Shown here: positions 1-9,100 of the stretch, in pieces
How the letters are laid out: every line of letters begins with the position of its first letter
Position numbering within the stretch: position 1 is the first letter of the stretch
Assembly (NCBI RefSeq): GCF_018350175.1
Contig: NC_058384.1
Span: 68,014,001 to 68,078,000 of the forward strand
Direction of reading: 5' to 3'
DNA length: 64,000 nucleotides
Source of the DNA: Felis catus
Lineage: Eukaryota
Notes under the pieces: model-generated
What the model was told of the DNA's origin: nothing
Databases searched by the model: none
The model's input: the letters and a program-made list of their open reading frames with translations, nothing else
Translations under genes and position numbers: made by a program

Positions 1-28
1 TCTCTCAAAAATAAACATTAAAAAAAAC
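1..28 (+). mobile_element. 3' tail of a Can-SINE
   Basis: tctctcaaaaataaacattaaaaaaaa is the typical SINEC tail. Confidence 0.7.
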
Positions 29-676
29 TTTTTTTGAATGTGGAGTTCAGACTGGCTCAGCCAATCCAGATTGGAGGCCTTTTGCTGTCTTTCTCCAAAG
101 ACCCCGAGTGACTTTGGTGGAGGGGCCATCAGGATCTGTGGGAAGCAGTTCCGGGCGGTGGTCCAGGCTGTAATAGAGCGTGGTGTCCGTCGGACCCACC
201 TTGAATGCCAGCCGTGCCAGGATGTGTGGCCCTGATCGCAGGACATAGCTCCTTAAACTCTCAGGCTTCCCATCTGTGCTGTTGGGACAGCGAGGCGTCC
301 AAGGGCACAGAAACACGGGGTGCAGCGCCTGGCATGTAGCACGTGCTAGGTAAACGGGAGCTGGCTTTCTCTAGTTCCTGCCCCCAGATGCCCGGGACTC
401 TGTCTTCCCATGGCTGCATTTTTGAACCTACTAAGCCCTCCCCATCTCAGCGCGCTGCCCCCCCTCCTCGTCCCCTGTGCCCCTGGGATGTGAGGACCTA
501 CAGCTTAGGCCCGCCGCGTTGGCTCCTTCAAGGCCCTCCCCTCTCCCCAGGGGCTGCCAGCTATGTGTACCTCCTCCCAGCAGCCTCTTTCCTGTGTCCC
601 CAGGCACAGGGGTACGTTCCCCTCCACGTTCCCACAGCCCCCTGGCATTTAACCATGTAACACTCGGTGTTGTCCT

Positions 677-701
677 GTGTGTGTGTGTGTGTGTGTGTGT
701 G
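677..701. repeat. (TG)n microsatellite
   Basis: About 12 TG units. Confidence 0.9.
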
Positions 702-1350
702 ATTGATCCCTCTTCACATGGCAACACACGCTAAATTATGAGCTAACTGGAGGCAGAGGCTGTCCTTGCACCCCCAGCACCCAGGATAGAGCCTGGCCTG
801 GAAACCATGACCGGATGGACGAACCTACCTTTCCAGTTGTGTCTCCAGGTGGGGAGCCTCAGACTGGTGTCCTGGCTGCCCCCGGTCCTTTCCCCACTGC
901 CCTCCGTCCCCTACTGCTCCGCCAGCAGGAAACCTACCCGCTCTCCACGGTCCAGAAGAAATTCCAGTTCCCGTGTTTCATGAGTACAGAGTGAAGACCC
1001 AGTCCCTGCCAGAGAGGGGCTCGTTCTCAGGATGCAGCTGTCGAGAGCCACCAGGGCCCAAGGCCCTCACCCAGGACCCAGCCTGCCCACACAGTGCCAG
1101 TCGGAGAACCAGGGTGCGATGGGGCCCCAAGGGTGTGCACCTTGGAAGAAGGCGCCCCCTCCCTGGTGGGGTTCGGCCTCTGTCATCACCCACACTCAGT
1201 GCCCACCCTGGCCTCACCCAGCCTGGCAGGGCCATGTGACCGCGTCACCTGCTCGCCTGTCTTTTGCTTTCTGTCTCCTCTCTCTCCTGACAGATGGAGG
1301 GTGGCAGCGGCCCCAGCAGCAGCAAACTCAGCCCTCGCGCCATAGTGTTT

Positions 1351-1534
1351 GTTTTTTTTAATTTTTATTTGAGAGAGCGAGCGAGCATGCGAGCAGGGGA
1401 GAGGGGCAGAGGGAGAGAGAGAGAATCCCAAGCAGGCTCAGTGTGGAGCCTGATGCAGGGCTCCATCCCCTGACCCCGGGATCGTGACCTGAGTTGACAT
1501 AAAGCCCAGCTGACCGATCCACCCCGGCGCCCCC
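1351..1534 (-). mobile_element. Can-SINE
   Basis: Poly-T, (GA)n and the tRNA-derived body ending in ggcgcccc. Imperfect TSD gccata(g/a)tgttt at 1339-1350 and 1536-1547. Confidence 0.85.
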
Positions 1535-1539
1535 AGCCA

Positions 1540-1932
1540 TAATGTTTTAAATGAACAAAATAAAATCACAAAGGATTATGAAGGAAACCAATCACATGGA
1601 AACACAGTTAACAAAACATTTACATTTTTTGGTATAGTAATATGTACACTTCTTTATTAATACATGAAAAACAAGGCAGGCCTAACAACTCCGGTCGTTT
1701 CAACGCAGGGATGAGAGCGAATGGTTATTTTGAGAGATGTTCAAAACTATCACGCAGCCCGAAAACATCTGGGATTTCTGTTGGTTACAAAGAAGCAACT
1801 ATTTTGGCTTGTGGCCCGAGCACATAAGAGAATGTTTAATTTCAGTTACAGGTGAGTGAAAACAGAGATGTCACTTTTATCCCGTCTGGGTTCACAACCC
1901 CCTGAAATCCACAGACCCCAGTCAAGGACCTG
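1540..1932. mobile_element. hAT-Charlie (Charlie1-like) DNA transposon remnant
   Basis: AT-rich block ending ttcagttacaggtgagtgaaaacagagatgtc...gggttcacaaccccctgaaatcc..., which resembles the Charlie1 terminus as I recall it. Confidence 0.55.
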
Positions 1933-2272
1933 ATTGCAGAATGGAATGGGAAGAAGAGGCGGCAACCCCCATTCGTGGAGCTGTACGCTTCCGCTGCTTT
2001 AATCCTCACACGTGTTACAATTTTCTGATGAGAAACACGACCCTCCGAGGGTGGATGATGCGCCCTAAGTCGGCCAGGCCCGGCTGGGAGCCCCTGGTGC
2101 TCGCTGGACACAGAGCTGCCTCCTCACGGGAGACAGAGCCCCGACGGAGGTGTTCAGTTGCTCTTTTGGCCCCCAAATCCCCTCCCCGACCCTGTGCCCT
2201 GTGGGGTTTAACCAGTGTCCGCAAGGGTGGTGGCCCCTGAAATCACACACACTCGATTATTTTTATCTCCAG

Positions 2273-2278
2273 TTTATT
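2273..2278 (-). terminator. EFNA3 polyadenylation signal AATAAA
   Basis: tttatt on plus at 2273-2278, ~920 bp downstream of the EFNA3 stop, followed on the minus strand by a GT-rich element (gtgtgtg). Confidence 0.8.
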
Positions 2279-3193
2279 TTTTTAGACTAAGAGCAGAGTA
2301 TGAAAGTCACAGCCAAAGCACTTGAAAAAGGCCCAGGAGGATGGGTGGGGCCACGGAGGGTGGGCGGGGCCAGGTCCTGGGACTGGGGTCCCGGCTCAGG
2401 GCTGGAGGGGAGGGGGGGGGNNNNNNNNNNNNNNNNNNNNNNNNNNNNNNNNNNNNNNNNNNNNNNNNNNNNNNNNNNNNNNNNNNNNNNNNNNNNNNNN
2501 NNNNNNNNNNNNNNNNNNNNNNNNNNNNNNNNNNNNNNNNNNNNNNNNNNNNNNNNNNGTCAGGGAAGGTCAGGGACCGAGGAGGGGGAGGGAGTCGTCC
2601 GTCTGTACATTATATATAGAGATACAGAGTCTGTACATGCCTGCTGGCACCCCGGTGCCCACCCGTTGCCACCCTTGTCCACTGCCCGCCCCCCCCAGGG
2701 GTGTCTACTTGTAAACTTGGATTCAATCCAAACCACAATCCTGGGGGCGGGGGTGGGAGGAGGAGGACGTGCTTATTGCTGTAAACAGGGGGAGGGGGCA
2801 GTGGGCGCTGCCACCCCCTCGCCCATCTAGTCCCCTCCCTGGGTTCCGCCCCTAGAAGAGAACGACGGGGGTGCCTCCCACGCTCGGATGCGCGCTCTCC
2901 GGGGCATACCTGTCTCTGGTGGGGACAACAGGAGAGGGTACCAGGGATCAGAGAAAGGTCCCGGAGCCCCAGGGCCACCCGGGGCCCGGGGCTGTGCCTG
3001 CGTCTGGTCCACTCCAGTGCCCTACGCGGGGAGAGCGGGGGCAAAGGGGACGGGCACAGAGGTACGGTGCAGGCCCCACTGCCAGCCACAGCAGGAGGGG
3101 GTCTAGGCCCCACAGCTGGACTTCCCTTGGAGAGGCCAGAGTCCCCCTGCCCTTTCCCAGCCCCGCGTCCCCCCGCCAAGGGAGGGGGCAGAG

Positions 3194-6100
3194 CTAGGAG
3201 GCCAGGAGCGTCATAAGGAAGAAGGCGATGCCCGCCGCCAGGGGCAGGTGTTCCCGCTTGGGGCTGGTCCCACTCACGCTCTTCTCAAGCTTGGGCACCT
3301 GGGGGTTCTCTCCCTCAAAGTCTTCTGTGGGCAGACAGATAGAGAGACTGGTGAGGGCTGGGCCGCGCGCCCGGGTGGGGCACGCGGCAGCGGCAGCAGC
3401 GGTGGAGCCGGGACGTGACCACCCACGGGGTACGAGGGGTGCGTGCCCCCCGGGGGAGGCATGCGAGGTGGGCAGGCACCGGGGAGGGGGCTGCGGTTCC
3501 AGCAGTGGCCACCAGAGGGCGCTGCGCAGACTCACCCAGCACGTTGATCCTCACATGGGGGCCCATGGTGAACTGGGGGAGGGTGGGGGCCGGCTTCTCC
3601 CCGGAGTGCGATGCTGCGGGGTGGGGCGCGGGGGGGAGAGAGGAGGGGAGAGTCAGGGCCAGGACACCCCCCCTCGCTACAGCTGGGGAGCGAGCCCCCG
3701 CTCCTTGCCCCCCCCTCCGCCCCCGGGAGCCAGGGGAGCCCCGAAGCAGGGAGCCGGGGGTGGGGTCGCGGCCGGGCGCCGGAGGTACTCACTGGAGGCA
3801 CAGCAGACGAACACCTTCATCCGCAGACACTTCCAGTGCAGACTGTGGGTGGGCGTGGCTGGGGACGAGACGGGGCTTGAGCTGCGTTCTGCGGGACCAC
3901 GCCCCGCCCCCTCTCGCCCTCCGCACCGCCACCTGCCCCGGGCAGCGTCCTTCCCGGCTCCCCTACCCTTGGACTTGGCTTGCGGTGGTTCCGCCGGCAG
4001 CCCGCGAAGCCCCTTTGGTCCCAGCCCTCAAGAAACTCTGAGCCCTGAGGTCTCAGCCCTGGAACGTCCCTCCCGGAAGCAGTGACCCTGCGACCGACCC
4101 TTCAGGCTGTCACTAAACCTCTCAGCCTCGGACGCTGTCCGGCTGGAAGCCCTAAGGCCGCCAGGCCCCACGCATCATCCCGAAGTGTCACTCCCAGCGA
4201 TGCAGACCACATGGCAGCCACGTGGGCCCGCCTCGGCCCCTGCGACCCCAGCCCTGGTCATCACTGTGACACTTTCCTTTAGGCCGACCTCTACCCCGTC
4301 CCCATCCCCGGATCCTGGGGACCCCAGCGTCTGCCCCTCTCAGAAACTTTTTTAGGCCCCGCCCCAGCCCCTGGGGACACCACCCCCTGGCCGCCACTCA
4401 CGCTTAGGCCCCGCCCATTCCCCCCGCCTCTCTCTCCCTGCCGTCACTGACGCTCTTAGGCCCCGCCCCGGTCCCTTGAGTCTTCACTTCTGTCACTCAT
4501 TCTCCTTCGGGACCCGCCCCCAGGACCCCATTCCCTGGTCATCACTCTTTATACCCTGCCTCCAGGACCCCACCCCCTGGCCATCACTCAAGGTTCTCCC
4601 TTTAGGCTCCGCCCCCGGGACCCCACCCCCTGGCCGTCACTCAGGTACTCCTTAGGTCCCGCCCCTGGGACCCCCCACCCCCCCACCTCTGGCCATCACT
4701 CAGGTACTCTCCTTCGGGCCCTGCCCCAGGACCCTAGCCATCATTCAGGTACTCTTTAGGCCCTGCTCCCAGGACCTCAGCCCGTGGCTGTCACTCCTTA
4801 GGCCCCGCCCCTGGAGCCCGGCGCCCTGGACGTCACTCAGATACTCTTAGGCCCCACCCCTGGGACCCAACCCCGTGGCCCCCCCCATCCCCTGGCCATC
4901 ACTCAGGTACTCTTTAGGCCCCGACCCCACCCCCAGGATGTCACTCAGATACTCTTTAGGTCCTGTCCCTGGGACCCCCACACCCTGGCCATCACTCCTT
5001 AGGCCCCGCCCCCAGGAACGCCCTGGCCGTCACTCAGGTACTCTTTAGGCTCCGCCTCTGGGACCCCCACTCCCTGGCCATCACAGGTACTTTTTAGACC
5101 CCCACCCCTGGGACCCCACACCCCTGGTCGTCACTCACTCTCCTTAGGCCCCGCCCCCTAGACCCCACCCCTCTGGCCGTCACTCAGGTACTCTTTAGGC
5201 CCCGCCTCTGGGACCCCCACTCCCTGGCCATCACTCAGGTACTCTTTAGGCCCCGCCTCTGGGACACCACCCCATGGCCATCACACCTTAGGCCCCGCCC
5301 CTTAGACCCCACCCCCTAGCCGTCACTCAGGTACTTTAGGCCCCGCCCCCGGGACCCCACACCCCTGGTCATCACTCAGTCTCCTTAGGCCCTGCCTCTG
5401 GGACCCCACCCCATGGCCATCACTCCTTAGGCCCCGCCCCCCGGACCCCCCCCCCCCCGGCCATTACTCAGGTACTTTTTAGGCCCTGTCCCCGGGACTC
5501 CACCCCACGGGCCGCCACTCAGGTACTCTTTAGGCCCCGCCCCGAAACCCCGCCCCCGGCCGGCACTCCTTAGGCCCCGCCCCCGGGATCCCCCCCGGCC
5601 CCCCCCGCCGGCTGTCACTCACAGATGTAGTAGTACTCGTGGCCCGCGTGGAACTCGTAGCCCAGCGAGAAGGCGCTGTAGCGCTGGAACTTCTCCGAGA
5701 ACTTGATGGGGCTGTGGGGGGCGTGCGGGCGGTTGCACTCCCAGCGCTTGAAGCCTTGGCTGGCGTTGCAGGTGCGGTAGCCGGCGCGGCTCACCATGTA
5801 CAGCACGTACTGCTCCGCCCCGCCCCCGGGGCCCGGCCCCGCCCCGGGGCCCACCCCCGAGCTGTTGTAGTGAGGGCAGTAAATATCCAGATAATCGTTC
5901 ACATTCACCTGCACCGTGTAGCCCTCTCGCCGCAGGCTGTGGGAGAGAGGAAGCGGGTCAGGGAGGAGAAACCCCACGCCAACCCTCTTCCCATCCCGCC
6001 GCTCCGCAGACCTTCCCCTGGGTCTGCGGAGCCTCCCCGAGTAGCTGCGGAGCCGCCTCTCCGCTCAGTCCCGGTCCCCTGGGCCCTAGCGCCACCGGTC

Positions 6101-9100
6101 CCCCGCTACCCGCCCAGGCCCACGCCTTCTCCTGTCCTTCTCTTGGTGGCCGCCAGGGGGCAGCAGAGGCGCAGGGAAGCCCGGCCTGCCTCGGAAGGAA
6201 AAGAGAGGCGGGGGAGAAGGGAACGTACGCTTTGGTTACCACAGAAACGGCGCAGGCCCCTGCTACTCCCAGACCCAGGCCCGGATTTCCTCCGTCCATC
6301 CCCCATAATTCAGCGCTGGGGAGGAGTGATAGGGGCACGGAAGGGAAGGGTGAAGGCGGGAGGGGTCCCCTCCCAGAGATGCGCACCCTCCATCGCCTCT
6401 CCCGGCATGCTTTCCTGCCGCTGCCGGCCCACCCCCAAGGCCAGTCGGACAGCACCTGCCCTCACGCACCCCTGTGCGGACGCTCCACGCAATACCCACC
6501 GAAGTCCTGTGGCACACACAAATATGTCCACGGTGCAGCGGGCGGCCTAGGTTGGGTGTGTGCTGGGCCCGCGCACCGGTGTTGCTTGACCCCAGCAGTC
6601 TCCAGCTCTGGCCCTGCCCCCACTTCCCCCTGGCACGCGCGCGCGCACACGCACACACGCACACAGGCACACGCTCTTCTCTACAGTACTACTGGCAATT
6701 AAGGTCCCCAATAACGTGATACAACAGGTCGGGGAGAGCTAAGGGACTCCACAGCAAGGCTCCACGTGGTATCATGCACACCGGCCCCGAGTTCTGTCTC
6801 TATACATCTTCCTCCCCAACCTGGCACCACTGGCCCCTTAATGGTGCCAGGCAGAGTAGTGGGCACAGTGCCCAGACAAGATGGCTGTGCCACTGACTCC
6901 CCAGATCCTTCTACGGGACACAGAAGCAGATGCTGGGTCCTTCATAATCCCCACCTGCCTTGCTGATTATCATCAAAGTGCTGGTCTTAATGCCCTCCAT
7001 GGTGGTGCCGAGCACTGTGGGGTGGGAAAAACATCTGAATGGAGAAAGAAACTTGGAGAGTAGGCAGGAGTTTCCCCCGGTTTCTTCTGCACACGTCCCA
7101 GCAGGGACAGGTGGACGTGGTGGACACAGGAGGCCTAGGGTACTTGGCAGAAGGTCAAACCACTGGGGTCCCTAGTCCCTGGGAACTCCCTGAAGGGAGG
7201 CGCGGGCTCCCCCTGTCACCAGGCACCTCCCAGCTCCACAAATAGTAATTAGATTCATTAGGAAAACAGGCTTGGAGGCCTCTGAATTGGGTGGGGCCTC
7301 GAGGGTCCCTCCCCACCTTCCCCTACTTCCATGGCCTTGCCTGGGCCGCCCCCTCCCCAAGCACTCCCTGCCAAGCCAGGCGGTAAGCAGACAGGGGAGA
7401 GCTGGTGCTTGGGCATCCCAGGAGAATGGGCAGAGCCTCCTTGAGTCATCAGGAATGCCACCAGCCCCACTCAGTTCCCACAGGAGTGATGGGTCACTCA
7501 GGCCCCTCCCTGGCCCTGGCACTCAGGTGGGCAGGAATCTCGGCCTGGGGCACCAGGAGCAGGAAAACGGGTTAGACCAGGCCTGGCTTCTGGCGCCACC
7601 TGGGTTTGCCTCTCTATCCCCAACTTCCAAGTCTACCCTTCCTCCCTCCCCCACAGGCTCGGAGGAGGGGGCCACCAGTGAAAGGGTGCCAGGCCTGCAG
7701 CAGCCGCACAGCCACCCGGGGCCTCTGTCCTGGAGCTTCCCCCAGCTTTCCAGCCCTGCTCTGCAGTGGTCCCTGCCTGGGGCGCCTTCCCGGGAGCACA
7801 ACCCACTCCCGCAAGGAGTCAGCCAAAGCCAGAGCCACTGGGACGGGCTCCTCTGTTTCTTCAACAGGGCGGGGACTAGCCTTATGGAAAGGTTGGTGGG
7901 TGACTACAGTGAAGAGAGGCCACCTTTGACCTGTCCGTCCCTAGGCTGGGTGGCAGGAACAGTCCCTGGAGTGCCCGCGCGCCATGGGCACGCGGGAGGA
8001 AAGCCTGGTCGTGGAAAGATTGCGGGCAGCAGCCGGGATTGGTGGGCGGGGGGGGGGGGGAGCGGGACTGGGTGCCAGAGTCCCCAGTCACAACTCGTGG
8101 GAGACCCGAGTGAGGTGTCCGCTTGGCTCGGGCACTTTAATTGAACCTGCCATCCTCCCTGCCCTGGCAGCGAAGAGGGAGGGGCCGCTAGGCCCAGCGA
8201 GACTGGCAGCTAACGCCTCCTGGGGGGGGGGGCGGGGACGCGGGTCCCCATCCCCGGGAGGAGGCAGCGGGGTGGGCTGCGGGGGCCGTGTGCCTGTCCC
8301 CTCGAACAGTTCTCCGTTCTTCCCCACTTCACCCCCTCCCAGCCTCCACCTCTTCCGCAGAAAGACCGGTGTTGACGCACCCCACCTGGAGGGGGTGCCC
8401 CCTCACCCCGTTATTTTGTCTCTCCCGGCCCTCGCCGCCTCCGGGGCGCATTCCGACCCTTCTCCGTCACTCCTTCAGGGCCCCGCCTGCTCCAACCCGG
8501 TGGGGTGGGCGGCGGGGGAGCAGGGAAGGGCAAACCTCTCCCCGCGGGGCAATTAGGGGCAGGTAAACAGGGTGCCTAACGAGACCAGGGAGCAGGCAAA
8601 GCATCCCGGGGGGCCCCGAACGTGTTCACCCCCCCGCCCCCACCCAGGAAGCAGGGACGCAGAGCTCTCCCAGGGCAGGAGGGATGGAGCGACGCCGACC
8701 CGGGCTCGCCACCCCTCTAGAGCGCGCCCCCGAGGCGGCGCGCCGCTCGCTCCCGCAGGCGAGGCCGGACCACGTGCGCGCCCGGCCCGGGGTGGGCGGG
8801 TGGCGGGAACGTTCGCGGGGCGCGCGTGCTCGCCGACACCCCCGCACCCCGCGGGCGCTCGGGGCGCCCCGCCCCGCCGGGCCCCGCCGGCCCCCGGCCC
8901 GGGCTTCTCCCGCCGGCGTCGGGTGGGGGAGCGTCCGCGCGCCCCGCATCCCCGCCCCCTCCCTGCGACAGCGGCGGCGGCGGCGAAGGTTTATTGATCT
9001 GCAGCGGCGGCGAAGAGCGAGAGACCAGCCGAAGGCGAGACACACAGAAACGGAGTGAGACGCGCACCGAGAGGGGTGACTGAGAGACCCGAGTGCCCGA

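Noticed and set aside
4255-5616. CRISPR-like appearance of the repeat array (conserved cores with variable linkers)
   Set aside because: The linkers are homologous C-rich variants, not unique spacers. There are no cas genes, and the context is a mammalian intron.
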